Source: Raillietiella orientalis
Taxonomy: Eukaryota
Reading direction: 5' to 3'
Length of the DNA stretch: 64,000 bases
NCBI GenBank assembly: GCA_036172245.1
Contig: JAYWIR010000019.1
Location: 1,488,001 to 1,552,000 of the forward strand
Below, piece after piece: positions 13,438-27,279 of the stretch. Made by a program: the position numbers and the translations under genes. Below the pieces are notes generated by a model. The model was not told the DNA's origin. It did not search any database and saw only the letters and a program-made list of their open reading frames with translations. The first letter of the stretch is position 1. The number at the start of each line of letters is the position of its first letter.

Positions 13438-13468
<31 letters not shown>
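13364..13468. repeat. Compound (TA)n/(GA)n microsatellite including a perfect 40-bp palindrome
   Basis: atccaaagctcc-(TA)8-ggagctttggat at 13364-13403, then further TA and GA runs. Confidence 0.95.
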
Positions 13469-13471
<3 letters not shown>

Positions 13472-13719
13472 TAACTTTGAAACAGAATGGGTTTGGAGGA
13501 ACAGTAATTCAAGGAGAGAGCATCCTACTTTGCGAATCAACTTTTTTCAGCAGCATCTCTGTTGCTGCGGAGAGATGACCGCAGACACGGACGTCATCCT
13601 TTGCGGATGCTGCCGCCGCGTAGCAGCATCATTCCCGGATTCGCACAGGGACCGCGAGTCCTCGAATAGGGAACAAGAGGAAGCAGTGCAGCCAGTCGTC
13701 TGATTCGATCATGAAAGTT

Positions 13720-14300
13720 GATACTTCGCAGTGGTGCCGGATGCTATTGGCGACAGTTTTCCTCTAACCGCCCATTTGTTTCTTTGCTATCTCAGCTCCG
13801 CTGCTGTCGAAACGAAGAGGCGCACTCTTGCTTGTGGTGTGGTATTTTGCTTACTTCCATGCAACTATTCGCTCCTGTTACCATAGAAACACACCGAATC
13901 GATAGGAAATCGGACCTTTCGAAATACCACATGCTGAACTGGCTAAAGGATCTTGGGATTTCCAAAGATGCCGCGGGCAGATCGTTTGTTTATCCTTCTC
14001 CGAGAATCCGAATCAAGATCGCAATTCGAAAAATCGCTTTCTTCATGCAGCCACAACACACATTTCGAGAGCATGGAACGGTGTGGCTTGAGCGAAGGAA
14101 CAGCACACATCCTCTTCGCGTCTTGCTGCCGGGCGTTGATTTGGATAACTGTAACTGAAATTGGAAAAAAAAAAATAAAAGTAAAAATCATCTTCGAAAA
14201 TGACCAAGTCATCTTCCGAACAGCGTGTGTCGTGAATTCGCTGATGGGAAGCAGAACCATATTCCATTTCGACAGTTTGAAAGGTCATCTCCCAGTTTCG
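13720..14300 (+). mobile_element. Decayed L1/Tx1 ORF2 C-terminal (zinc-finger) fragment
   Basis: NWLKDLGI followed by ERCGLSEGTAHILFASC...W. Confidence 0.45.
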
Positions 14301-15522
14301 GGATTCTCTTCGTCTCTGTGATCGACGTGATTTGATTCATTTTCTGATCCGCACAAATGAAGAAAGAAGAAAAGGAGAAAAAAAAATTTTTTCTTTTTTT
14401 TTCTTTCCTTTCCGTGGCTGTGCTGCCTTCTTTGCTTTCTTCGACTCACTAATTCTTGGACTGCCATTGGAAACCGTCTAAAGCAGTGTGGATGATGCTG
14501 CAACAGATTGGTGATGGTGAAGCAGATTGGACTGCCTCAGATGTGGACAGTTCGTTGAAGTTTCCGGGAAAGAAGTAACAGGAACCGAAGTGAGGAACGA
14601 GGATTTCGGCTTGTCCTCCGTTAGCAGGAGACGAAAGGTTGACGAAAGGAATCAGGAAAATTCAAATTCGTGCACTTTGCCGAAATCGAGAGCCGGAAAT
14701 AGGTTGCCGGATCGCTGCGAATTCTTCAAATCGTTCGATCGAGCATGGGAAAAATATTTTTCTTCTTCTCGAAAGTGCAACATTTCCTTTCATTGGGCTT
14801 TTAAATTCCTGCGAGCCGCGCTTCCGTGTAAATCAGCTGAAATTTGTGTATGCGTGCGCTTTTTCCCTTTGGAACCGTCGCGACATTACAGATCCCTTCG
14901 TTGCGCTTTACTTGGTCCATGCTGGGACTTTATCTAAACGTGATGCTTCTTTGGACTGCATGGGACCGATCTGGTGGATTCGGGGGCCCGGGTGCATGCG
15001 GCTTTTCCCGTGCGGGGTGAAATGCGTGTGCGCTCCAGACATTGCACACGGGCAGTAAAGTTCTTTTCTCAAAAGGTGCCCGAGAAGTCCGGAGCTCCCG
15101 AAGTTCCGACCAATTTCGCTTACCAGAACGGGAGATGAGAGGGAATTTCCCGGTACCTCGCAGTTATTGGCTGCTCCGCGTGTTCCTTGACCACTGTGCT
15201 CCCACTGGTTCGATATTCTCCAGGAAGAAGGAGCAGTTGGGAACCCAATCATTTCGATTTACCCTCCGCGGTACTCCGGGACTTCCCAGCAGGCGTGGTT
15301 TCCCTTCTGCAAACTCTTGGCTTTCGGGACCGCTTCTTTCCCACTAGAGAACTTGCTTATCGCGCGCTGGAAATTTTCCCAGGTCGAACCTCCCTGCAAT
15401 TATTTCTGTTGATGCATTTTTCGAAAAAAGCAGATAAATCATGATTATTCTAAGACGGGCATCTCTTCAAGGGAAAAAAAATTCCCGAAAAAAAAAAAAA
15501 ATTTCATTTTTGTTTTTGTTTA

Positions 15523-15530
15523 TATGTATG

Positions 15531-15575
<45 letters not shown>

Positions 15576-15592
15576 TAAAAAAAAAAAAAAAA
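15523..15592. repeat. (TA)n(TG)n microsatellite with A-run
   Basis: Directly visible. Confidence 0.95.
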
Positions 15593-15979
15593 AGGCCACC
15601 GTGGATTTCTGACCGTAAACAGTTGTAATAAGAATTAAATATTCCAGCACTGCTGATTGCGGGATTGCTTTCTGCACACGAAAGCACTGCTGCAATCATT
15701 ACCAGAAACCATAGAATTAGTGAAGCGTGTCCGTTACATCCGGAGCTTCAGCATGTGTCACTAACTGCACAGAAGACCCTGGAGCGATTGGAGTTTGGTT
15801 TGCATCATGAGAAGTCGCATAGTGGCGTGTTATGCTAGTTTGTGGCTAGTGACTCCGTTTAGCATTCCAGTGGTTCATGCGCTTCAGGTGAACTGCCGAT
15901 GAGTCAAGTGTAGTGCTCCTACATGCATGGAATTTTCCTTAAAATCCAGCTTGATGACATCATTTCTTGTGTCTGCCTG

Positions 15980-16008
15980 AGCGTGCGTGCGTGCGTGCGT
16001 GTGTATGT

Positions 16009-16063
<55 letters not shown>
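15980..16063. repeat. (GCGT)n(GT)n compound microsatellite
   Basis: Directly visible. Confidence 0.95.
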
Positions 16064-16067
<4 letters not shown>

Positions 16068-16619
16068 ATCTTTTATGCATCTTGAATACGATTGTTCGCT
16101 CTCAATGGCACTGTAGAATTCACGGGTCGTTGTCTTCCTTCGTGAATTTTCGGTGCTATGGAGAGAAGCAGTCCGCTCGTCACTCTCATCAACTTGTGCA
16201 CTGAGTGTTGCGTAAATGTGAGTGCTCCTCAATCATGATATGTTTTTTGCAATGCAATCTTTCCATATATCAGCATGGTGCCTGTGCTCATTCAGCCTTC
16301 TGTTTTTTGTTTTTACTCGCTTTTATTGTTTTCGAATTTTGAATATATATATATACATGTGTGTGTGTGTGTATATGTATATATACATATATGCATATAT
16401 TTTCCCCTGTTGCTGATTTTCTTACCTCGACCGATGCTACGAGCCAGCGTACTCACAGGAAGCGGTGAATCGAAATGCCGAAAAATGTGGATGTAGATCA
16501 TGAAAGAAGCAAAAAAGGACGTTTCGGGATGAAAGCTGCGGTTATTTTGCACGTTTCAGATATGGATGCACGTAAAGGTCATGCATGTAACACATGGCAC
16601 AGTATATGAATTGGTCGGT

Positions 16620-17250
16620 GCATTCATCTCGTCGAGGGCATCGCAGTGAGAGATCTAGCAGTGGCGTAAAAGAAGCAGAGCGGTCGTTGAAATGTTGGTT
16701 CTCTTGCTGGAAGGTCTCTCTGAAGAAGAGGACGCGTCGGGTGCGCAGGGAACGTGAATTTCCGCAACGGCGTATTCCTCCCTCATCGATTACCGATTCT
16801 CTCGCGGTTTCGAAAAGCCTGCAGGAGTGATTTGCATCCAGCGGTGCGAAACCTGGCTCGGGTCAGTCTCGGAACAGGCGGCCCTCCGGAAGAAAGGAAG
16901 CGTTTGGGAACGACGGATTATCTTGCAGATCCAGGGCGTCGAAAGCACTGCTGTTCCGCGGACTCCTCCGCGAGCACCCCTCAAGGGGTGGACAACTTTG
17001 CAAGAGAAGCCTTTCCAAGCCGCCGTGTTTGGTCCTTTGGCAGGCGACTGGCGAGCAGCAGCAGCGCAGGAAAACACTTCACCCGCGGTGCTTGCTTGCT
17101 GAAGGGTGAGGACAAGCACTTGGTGAACGGAATTCCTGTCACGTGACCATTCTCCCGAATCGGATCAGTAACAGTAATGAAGTGTTTTCCCGAAACTCGA
17201 GGGGGCGTGCTGGCGGAAACAAAACCATGGAGCCAAAATCGCCTCAAGAA
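16620..17250 (-). mobile_element. Decayed non-LTR reverse transcriptase fragment
   Basis: KCF...LASRL, QQCFRRPGS, QVSHRWM...AGF in the expected order. Confidence 0.4.
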
Positions 17251-17999
17251 ATGATTTCGCCCTTGAAGCCAGCTCTGCAGGCAGAAATAGGTTTCGTCCT
17301 GTGCCTATTAGCTCCGCATCGGATCTTGGATTCTCTCTCAAGAGATTCTCACTACGAACGCATATGTTGCTTTCCATCATCCATTTATGCGCGATAAGCA
17401 GGCGATCGGACCCGCGTTAAGGATACGTCGAGAACAACTTTTTTATCCCTTGCATTTTCGGGGTCAGGACAGTCCGAAATTCACCTTAGCCACGCGGTTC
17501 CCACTTGGAAACGGAACCGCGTCGGTAGAACCGAGTGATCGGAAATTCCTGGAAGTGCAAGCGGAAATGAGCTGCGTTCCTGCAGGGATATCGCCGTTCT
17601 TCGTGGAATGCTGTGTGGAGCAGAACTCCTCCTCTCTTCCGCTGTTGGCAGAGAAAGATCAGCGAGCCGGCGAGAAGAGAACCGAAAAGATCTTCCGAAG
17701 CGATTTCAGAAACACTCCCCCTGCGTGTTCCGACTTATCGAAGGAAGCGTCCACCCTCGTTTCGTCGAGGGGCGTTCTGCGAAGCCACCCCGCGTGCTCC
17801 TGAAAGCTTTTGGCGGTTCCTGGCACCCGGCGCGCACACACCCAAACACCACTTTCCACAGAGCTGATCCACTTCTTTGCGGCGGCGAAAAGGACTTTCA
17901 CATCAGTGCGACACCAACACGTTGGGGTCATTCCTGAGGCGAAAAATGCTCTGACGAGAGTTCATTGAGTGCATTTTCGATAAGGGGGGAGGGGGGGGA

Positions 18000-18250
18000 C
18001 GCAAAGCCCCGCTCGGGTTGATCTTTCCGTGACAAATCTGTATTTTCGAACGGAGATCACGGGTGAAAAGTCGGCGACGACGGCCAAAAAGAAAAGACAG
18101 ATTCCAGGGTGGATGCGAACCAGAGGAGTAATGTGGTCGTATTTAGACCTACGGGGGATGCTGCAGAACGCCTCGCTGGCGTTGCTGCAACAGACAAGCT
18201 CTGCAGCGATCTTTTCACCGTGGCCTCTCCTACGTCGAACACCCACCTTC
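18000..18250 (-). mobile_element. L2/CR1-group LINE ORF2 C-terminal fragment
   Basis: SNASEAFCSIPRRSKYDHITPL matches the NAAAR...KYDHITP.L motif typical of L2/Crack-type elements. Confidence 0.55.
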
Positions 18251-21200
18251 CTCGTATTTTACTCGCCTTAAGCAGCTCGGTAGGGCCTGGTTGTCCCCCC
18301 CCCCCCTCTTTCTCTCACTCTCTCTCTCTCCAGTCTCAATCTCTCCTCCAGCAAACACTACGGAAGAAAAAAAAGAATCTCAGCAAAGTCTGCAAGAAAA
18401 CTCCGGGAGGCCCACGGATGCTTTTGCCCAAATGATTCGTTTGTAGCGTTTTTGTGCGAATCTGCTTGGGAGTCCGTTGGTTTCGCTGGCGAGCTTCGTG
18501 GATCTTTCTAGAAAGTACATGTTCGAGGGATGGAGGTGCACACCTCGGGTCATTGATTTTTTTGTTTTCAGTTTTGCAAAGCAGGACCCCCATAAAAAAT
18601 CTATCCTGATCGCAAATCTTAGGGACGAAACATCGAAGTGTGGACCATGGCATGTTTATTTTAAAAATAAGCCGCGAAGATCATTAGAGCGTTTCGTTCA
18701 TGCTTGATAAAAAGAGGAGAACAAGGAAAATGCAGTCATGCTTGGAACTGCAGGGAAAAAATCTCGAATGATGCTAGCGAGCGTTCCTGGTTTTTACGAA
18801 TTTCACACCCATGGGAAACGTGTAGTTTCCTTTCTTTCTTCCTCTCTCTCTTTTTTTTTTTTTCATGAAGAACAAAGAAAGACATTTGGTTTCTTTCGGA
18901 GGAATTTCTCGAACCGCCACGAAACCTGGTTCTAGCACCTGTGTATCATTTCCGTACAAGGACCTGGAAACCTTTATCGTACACATATTTGCCCTTTGTA
19001 TTGCTTCCCTCCCAGCTAACCCCATATACAAAGAACAGGAGTTATTTCGCAAGGTTTTTAGGGACCGGATTTCCTTTCCTCTCCGCTATCTCACAGATTC
19101 GTTTACAGGAAGGAAGTCGGCTAAATTATTATTTTCTAATAAATCGAAATGGACTCCTATTCTTTTGGATTGACGGTGCATTTTCGAGTCCGGGTTTCTG
19201 GATGAACAGTCAGAAATAAAGTTGCGGAAGATGCGCTTTATCGGTTTTGGTTCCTTCGCGTACACAAACGAATGTTTCATCTCCGTGTGACTTTAGTGTG
19301 CTCTTGAACGAAACAAGGCAGTGATGCTTGCTTATCGTCCGTCCATTATCAATGAAATCAGGAGGTGCAGTGATGGGATGGAAAAGATGGATAAATATTT
19401 GTCACGTGACGATTATCAATTATGTAATATTTGCTTCGTCGGATTTCGCGCGTGGTGTTATGTATAGATTATGGCACACTGATGTGCTGATGATTTAGCA
19501 GGCAGCAGATCTCTATAAAGTCCACAAAGTAACCGATGGCGTTAGTTTCTCAGGACCTTTGGTCTGTCTTATAGGGTGTTGTTAAATTTTTGATGTAACC
19601 CACGGAAACGCTTAGACACCACTCATCTGCAGTCTTCTGATGCACAGGGGTTGGATTCCATAGGATTGCAGCAGCTACACAACAAAACCACGTAAAAGAT
19701 AATTAAATTGAAGGAGTGAACACCTGACGTAACGGCGAATTGTTTTCGTTACGTGATTGCCATATTGACACAACGTTGGTCCCAAAGAATTAACGTCCTC
19801 TTCGAACGAACGTGTTATGGGGCGAAGTGATGGGATATCCAGTGGTACGATGTGATGTGGGAAGTTAGCAGACAAGCAAAAGGGCATCTGCATTTCCCCC
19901 GTGGAAGGTGCACTCTCCAGTTCATGCGGAAGGGACTCCTCCTTTGATATTCCTCCGCCAGATATTGCACCAGGGTTGTACAGACCGCAGCAGACTGATC
20001 GACAGACACCCCTGTACACCTCGACTGCTCATGAAAGACCTATACATAAGGCTGAGAATGAAAGCAAATATTCAATATGCGGTAACAGTAGTTGGGAGTT
20101 GGAAAACAGCCGGGCATCCTGCTGTTCGAGAATGGGAAAAGAGAAGCGAAATATCCGTAATGGGTTAAAAGGCCATAATGGAACCAAAGATCGAGCATTC
20201 TCGGGCGCACTTTAGCGGTGTTGGATTCAAGATTTCATTCCGCTCGGAGGCTGCTTTGCCGACGCTGCGGCTGAAAACGTTCCACCAGAGAGTCTGCGGA
20301 ACGCCTCGGGTACGACATCTGTCTGACCTGCCAGAAAGCTCTCCGGGGGCACGGACTTTTCGTTTGCGAGTTCGTCCACACGCCAAGCCGTTGCCTCCGT
20401 GCGCAAAATTTCGAGGCGGCGCTTCGGCAAAAGTGGGAATTTTCCTTCGGGTCCTCCTGCATTGCTTCTGGAGAGAAAAATTTCGGTTCCGAGTGCGACC
20501 CGGGAGCGTCCATCCCGAAATGAACCTCGCCGGTGGAGAAGACATTCCAAACTCGTGTGTGTAGGCTCGGCTTATTACGCCCCATCCGGTATCGGCCGCT
20601 GCAACGTCTGTTCCTCGAGTGGTCGCACTATGGTGAGGCGTTGGGGAGACGGGGAAGGAAAAAAAAAAAAAAAAAATGGATTTTCAGCAGCACGGCCATG
20701 AAACTCGTCCTCCGCGTCCACCTAGGACAGCAAGGAGAATCGGATGCAGACGGAACACAGTGGCGAAAACACGCGCGCATGCCTTCCTTGGACACGTCGG
20801 CCTGAACGAAATGCACAGAGAGAGACAGCATGGAAGAGCAGTCCAGATCAATTATTCAGGCCATCCCTCTTCGTCAAATATTACTCATTGGAAACTGGAA
20901 AGGCGAACTGCGACACTCGCGAAATTCCGTGGGGCGACATCGGGAGCACCTACTCGCCTTCGTTACAAAAGGATTCGTATTTGCAAACAAACTCCCTTGC
21001 ATGAATAATTGCTGACAAGTCTTCCCGGCTGTAAATAGGTTTGCGAACGCGAGGATGAATGCATATCGGCCTCTCGCATGCCATCCTCCCTCTTGGATCG
21101 GAAACGCGCATCGAGACCTAATTAGTGATGATGGCAGCACTGAAATTTTCGAGGCTGGAAATTTGAGGAAATGGGACGTGGGCTCCTCGGTGCAAAGAAA

Positions 21201-22089
21201 CGCTGCGTGAAAAACGTGTCTCGGCGTCTCCCTCCCCACCCCTAGCCGTTCTAGCAGCCATGATCAGACTCGGAGGCGGATGAAAGCAGAGTGATCCGAA
21301 TTGCGCGAGTCTGTGAATGAAATCACGAATCGGTGGCTGTTCGACCTTCCCTATGGTTTGCTTGGTGACCGCTTTCTCGGAATCGGTTTTCCCTTCGACA
21401 GATCGTTGGCTGCTTGGCGCAATGTAAAAACGGGGGTGTCGGCGGAGGTGAATCGCTTTCCTCGTGCTCCCGGGAGCCCGACTCTTGATTTCGAAACGGA
21501 AACGGGAAGCGGATGTTTCCCTGTTGCTGTCCTCGTCTGTCGCCGAAGAACTGGAAGCTGCCGTTGCAGAGATCGAAGAACTAGATGCCTTTTCCCATCG
21601 GCGTCTCACTTTTCCTCTTTCCGGCTAGGAAACACCGTGCGGGAAACAGAAACGAACAGCAGGAAGCATATCGGTGCAACTGCATCTCTGACTTCTGGAA
21701 AGTAGAAAAATGAAAGCGAAAACAAAAGAGGGGGAGGGAGAGGAAGAACTTGCCCGTGAGTTATAAAAAAAGGTCACTGATAATCGTTCGCATCGAAAAA
21801 ATCAAACCTGATAATCACAAGAAGGATGGAAAACGCTGTCCAAGTTTAATTGAAAGAAAGAGTGAGATAACTGATAAAAAAGAACTTCCACGGACACGTA
21901 GGAAACCGGGAATCTCGATAAATGGGAGGACCAAGGGTAAAGTAAATTGGAAGGAGAACTTTCGAGATAAGAGAGCATTGGCTCGACACAAAATTGCGCG
22001 CCGCTCTGCTGGACGGAAGCTTCGAACAGAAAACAAATAACATGCGATATGAATATTCCCGATAAAAATTGGTAGGCACGGTACTAATT

Positions 22090-22410
22090 GCTCGTTGCCG
22101 GTGAATCACTGATTTTCTTCGGCTCGTAAACAGCAGAGGTCAGCTGCGAGGTGAGAGAGTCTGTGCCAACGATACAGCAGCAGCGGGAGCAGGCCGAGCC
22201 CACGGTCGAAACTTGGGAATTTTCCGAACAGCGCGAATCCTCCGTAAACTTGGTCGTCATCACCAGAGGTCAAGGGGAGATCCACGAAATGGGTCTCGGA
22301 AAGGAGGAGCAGGGCTCACTGGACCGTGCAGATGTAGCAGCGCGTTTGAGACGCTTGCATCTGAGCCAAACCTTTTGCCAAACCTTTATTACGAAGCAGC
22401 ATCTTTGCAG
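22090..22410 (-). mobile_element. Decayed APE endonuclease fragment of a non-LTR element
   Basis: NKGL...LLLLSETHF...GFALFGK...RGLGLL, with one in-frame stop. Confidence 0.5.
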
Positions 22411-24199
22411 TCAGCCCTTGCCTATTTGCACCACCCTGAATTCCGTTCCAGGTCATTTTAGTTTCGTTTGCTTTTTAATTTCGCAAGCCTTCCGTGTGTC
22501 CATCCATTCTTCTACCATCTCATGGCACATTATTTCCCTCCGTCGATAGAACGATAGCACGTCTTCCGTCGAACCGGCTTAAGGGCGCTTGTCGAACGTT
22601 CGGGGAAAGGGCGAAAGGAACAAGAATCCTCCTAAACAAAAAAAAAAAAAGTTCTTCCAACAACGCCAACTTCGGTCAAGAGTTTTGGCATTCAGTTCCG
22701 AGTCCAAACGTGCTCGACTTGGTTCGCTTGGCGTCGTTCTTGCAGCTCGTCCGCGAAGGTTCCGAGTTTGCTGCGCGCTCGGACGGCGATTTGGGACCCT
22801 CGCTGCTTTGAAGCGAGACCCACGATAGGGAGTGAGTTGCAGGAGGATGCACTGCCGAGACTCAGCAGTGGCTTCCCCATCGCTAATTATTCGGTTATCT
22901 CTCACTGTTTAAATCCGTGCCATCACACAGCACAAAAGAGTACTCACGTAGGTTTCGACAGATAGTTTGAATCAAAAGTCAAGAGTTGGGCTGTTGTCCT
23001 TCGTCCGTGGTTCGGAACGACGAATCGATAGGTGCATCGTGTTTGGAGGTTTCTTGAAAGAACGGACTTCGTGGATGCAGGGATCGAAGGCGTAATATGA
23101 TCTTTCCAACACGCGTTTTTGCGATGGCGCATCCTTGGCCTGAGAGGGGCAGATTTCCGAAATGGGATTTTAAGGGTCAAGGAATTTCAGAACTGAACTC
23201 GATCACAGGCGCTTAACAGCTCGAAGAATTCGAGTCAGTATGTAGATTCGAGAGAAATGAAAACTGAACGGTAGGGGCAAAGAAAGTTTGAAATTTGGTA
23301 TCTTTTCAGGAGAACTATGCAAAGCAAGCGATGTTACCTTTCCATCTGCACCAAAACTGTTGGTCGTTCTTGACTAAGAGAAAACTTTTTCCGACAGCTC
23401 TTCCGATAAAGACAGTGGGGCACCAGAGGCATCGGAATCTGTCCCTTCTTTACTAACTTGACATTAACGATTCTTCCAAGGGTGAAGGTCTCTCTATGGC
23501 TAGCTACTTGTGTCCGCCGCCGCCTTCGCGTCATAGAATCTCAAGTACTGCAACGGACTCGGGTCATCTTTCCTCTTAGAAAGACGACCCGAGTACTGTC
23601 TTCTCCTGCCTTTCTTCGGAAAAACATCTCCGCGATGTTATGCTCTGAACTCCTTGTGTTCACACAGGATGGGCAAACCACTTCCCATCTATCATCTCTA
23701 TAGCATGCATCCATATCATTGCATCCATTAGTTGCTGTAGATCTGCTGTATCCAGAACAGTAGAGGTGTTCTCCCTGCATAAAAAGGAAAATCATGATCT
23801 CTGAAATCAGTCCTCATATATTAGGTAGGTCTTACTCCGTTGTTCACAAGTGCAAATCCTTGCCTGACTTTCGCATTCACTGAATCTTTGAGGTGTACCC
23901 CTGAGAGACAGGAACTCCATTTCTAAACTGGTTCTTAAGCTGACGCTTTGAGAGACTGAGGAAACACCTTGCTGGTGTACTTAAATTCCCTCTTGGAAGC
24001 ATGGAAATGTTAAGACTCGATATTTAATGAGGATCGATGGCGTTTGATCAAAAAATGAATAAATAAATAATTGCATGACTGATATTCCCAGACAAGATCG
24101 AAGTTTTAACCACGATCTGGGCACAGTTCTGTCAAGCCCGGAAGTCCGAGAACGAGAAAACCGGAACTGCGGCCATCCGACACTCTAAGGCGAAAAAGT

Positions 24200-24650
24200 C
24201 GCAGCAAGAGAGACTACGATGGACAACCTACGATGCAATTTACGTAGACCGATCGGAATCACAAAGCAGCAAGTTCTTCCAGAAAGCTCGCTTGGAAACT
24301 GACGGAAGTGGTTCCAAGACGAAAGCGTGGAAGTCACCATCAGGATCGTTCCCGTCGGAGCGTCCTGAACTCAGCCTCTACCAGACGGCTGTCAGCTGCA
24401 CCTTGCGAACAGAAACGTGGGTTTTCGCGAGACGGGAGATTTCCACAACCCACGGTGGCAGCATCTCGGTCGAAGACGGAATGTCGAAAGGGATGAGCTT
24501 GCGAAAGTGCGGAAGCATAACTGGTTCGGTTCACGTGGACACGCACAGGAAAACCCATCATTTTCGGAAGCGTGCCCGCTCTTCCCGGAGGAAAGCAAAC
24601 GAGGTCGTCGTTTCCTTTTTTCCCCCACCGCATCGAGAGAGTGCACGGAG
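24200..24650 (-). mobile_element. Decayed reverse transcriptase fragment
   Basis: LPKMMGFPVRV...SYASALSQ resembles the L..MGFP...Y..A.S block of L1/Tx1 RT. Confidence 0.35.
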
Positions 24651-27279
24651 CCAAACCCATTCGTTCCCTACACCAACTCTCATCGACTGGTGCATTAATA
24701 AACCTTCAAATAAAAATTTTTTGCTTGCAGTTTCATTTCCAAACACGTGGAGATCATGAACTCGGCTTTTGCCTCGACCTGAATTTCACTGAACGAACCC
24801 CACGTGGCGAGCCAAGAAGAGTGTTTCGAATGGAAGGAGCTACGATGGAACTTCTACGCGACTCCCACGCGGAAGAAATCACAGGCGGCACTTTCAGGAC
24901 GCAAAGATCTCCTCTGGAAGAGGTGGCCTAGAATAAAGAGGAAAGCATCCGGAAGCATCTTCAGTGTCAGGATGTTTTCCTTTTTCAGGCGATGTCTGCT
25001 TGTTTGCCTGAATCCGTGATAGGAAGATCATAGTGGAGTGACTGTCTACCGTTAGCGCCTTTCGCGGGACCTGCTGTGTCACGCTAGATGCACGCTGCTT
25101 ACTTTCTTGTTCCTCTGAGGTTCGGATCGGCCGGATCTGACGTCAGGGTGCTTTACAAGCGACAGGCAGATCCTTAAAGCCATCAGCTGATGCTATCAGT
25201 ACGAGATTCAGTAAGGGAGGGGGACCTTCTCAAGGGGAAAGAAAATGGAACGAGGAGGCGGGGAGTGGATGCCGCGACGTGAACAAGACAGGTTCGCAAG
25301 AAGTCATCGAGACCTGTCGCGGGTGGGGCGGATGGGGATTTCCGCTACTCGCTCGCACCGAGAGGTGGTGGAAGTTTCTGGGCGGCAGCTTCCCTCCCCC
25401 ACCGTCTCGTCAGTGCGAATGATCCGCACGTTCAGAGTGGTCCGCTGAACCGTTTGCATCCTCGCTCTTTGGGGAAGGAAGTTGCGGAGTCGCTGCATCC
25501 GAACATCGAATCTGGAGTGCGTGTTTCGGAACAAAGGGCAAGCAGGCGTCTCTGGGGCCATCTCATCGGGAGCAGTTTCCCCGCTGCGCGTTCCACCACG
25601 GAAGGAACTGCCTGAAGCTAGAGGTGGCGTCGAAGCTCAAGAGGCGAAGCGACCACGGGTACGACGGGTCGCTTTCCGGACCACGGCCGTCTTCCGCCCT
25701 CCTCTCTCGTCCGGTCCGGCCCCTAGGAGATGAAACTCCGAAAGCCTCGCGGCGCTTTTCGATGCAAATGCGTTTTGGTCTGCGCGGTGAACCTGGCCTC
25801 AGAACGGACGCTTCGGTGTGACTTTCGCTATAGCAGCAGCGCCATCGTGAAGGTGTGCAAGAGGCGCTCGTTTGGGAAACCTTAGTCACTTGTTTACACG
25901 CTACGTAGCAACAGAGAGGAGAAGACACGACCGGTCTGTCTCCACGAAAGGCCATGCCATGCCAACGGGCACCGTGCGTGCCTGACGTGATGCGTCCCGG
26001 GGAAGAAGCATTCTCCGCGCCTTTATTTTTTTATTTTCGAATCCATAATTATCCTTTGGGATGATCGCCCTGCAGAGGTGATGTTTCCGGTCGGCACATG
26101 AGCTACCGAGATGATCCATTTCCTTCTTCATTCCTTGTGCAAGGAAAGTAGGGAAATTTGGGGGAAATCGAACTCGTAGAATGCAATGGACAAAAATGAC
26201 CCCAAGATGACCATTTCGTTCCATTGCTCCTCATCAGCTTCTCAGCTCCTCTCAGCATGTTGATAAAAGACCGAAAAAGTTCGCCGATCGTATTGACTGG
26301 CTGTTCATGATCTCGAAATTTAGTTCCTTGTTTGCTTCCTTGTCTGCATCGCGATGTTTGCAGCGGTACTCTTCGAAGGTGCGTTGCGTCTTCGGGGTGC
26401 TTTCTCGGATCGAGGCGTGGTTTCTCCTGCCCGCATGGTTCACTCCTGATCTGCCCCTCCCCGTTCGAGTTTTGATCCCCACATCACGCTCGGAACCGAG
26501 GAAGAGTGGGCCACTACCTGCGCTGCGAGGGCGGCTTGTTTCCGGCTGCCAAAAAAGGCTCTGCGCATCCCCCCTCCCCTCCCCCTAACTGGCATCGTCA
26601 TCTTCCTAGGTTAAACTGGAACGAGGTCCGCCTTTGTGGAAGCGGGAAAAAAAAAAAAAAGAAAACCCGAGACCCTCTTGAAGCTCTGCTTCGGACGTGT
26701 CCGCGGTTGGCCCCGCATTAGGGACTCGACAAGCAAGCGGAACGTTTCCGGTCGCCAGAGGTGCTCAGGAGAAACGGCCTCTCAGTTGCCTGGAACGGTC
26801 GGTTTAGCAGGTTTTCCTCGTGTCTTCGTGCTTCATCCAACGGTCTGTGTCAGCAGCCCTCTGTCTTGTACAAGAACCAAAACCTCGAGGCGGAAATACG
26901 TCACGTTGTCCACTCGAACGCTGGTTCTCTTACACGAATCCTTTACGAGCGACCTTTACGATCTTGCGTTCCCCCCTCCCCTTTCGTGCGCTCGCAAATG
27001 TCCACCAGTACCGCTGGACCTCCGCATCCCGAGCGAACGTTGGGTCTGATCGGTTCGGTGAAGTCGCTGTGACAAGAGATGGATCGTCTTCCACGTGGAC
27101 TCTTCGCTCGTTGGTGAATCTGACGAAGAAGGGAGTGCACTCCCATCCTGTACCCCACACGCCTGGGACTCCCAAAGGAGGAAAGAGGAGCGTCCCGTTC
27201 GGTCGTCTTCCCACGGGGGTGTGCATCGATCACGTTTCGCCTGAGGATCTTCGCATCCATCGCGCCCACTCATCATCAT

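Noticed and set aside
19675..20060. Possible minus-strand coding exon (114-aa ORF)
   Set aside because: No recognisable homology, and no convincing donor or partner exons.
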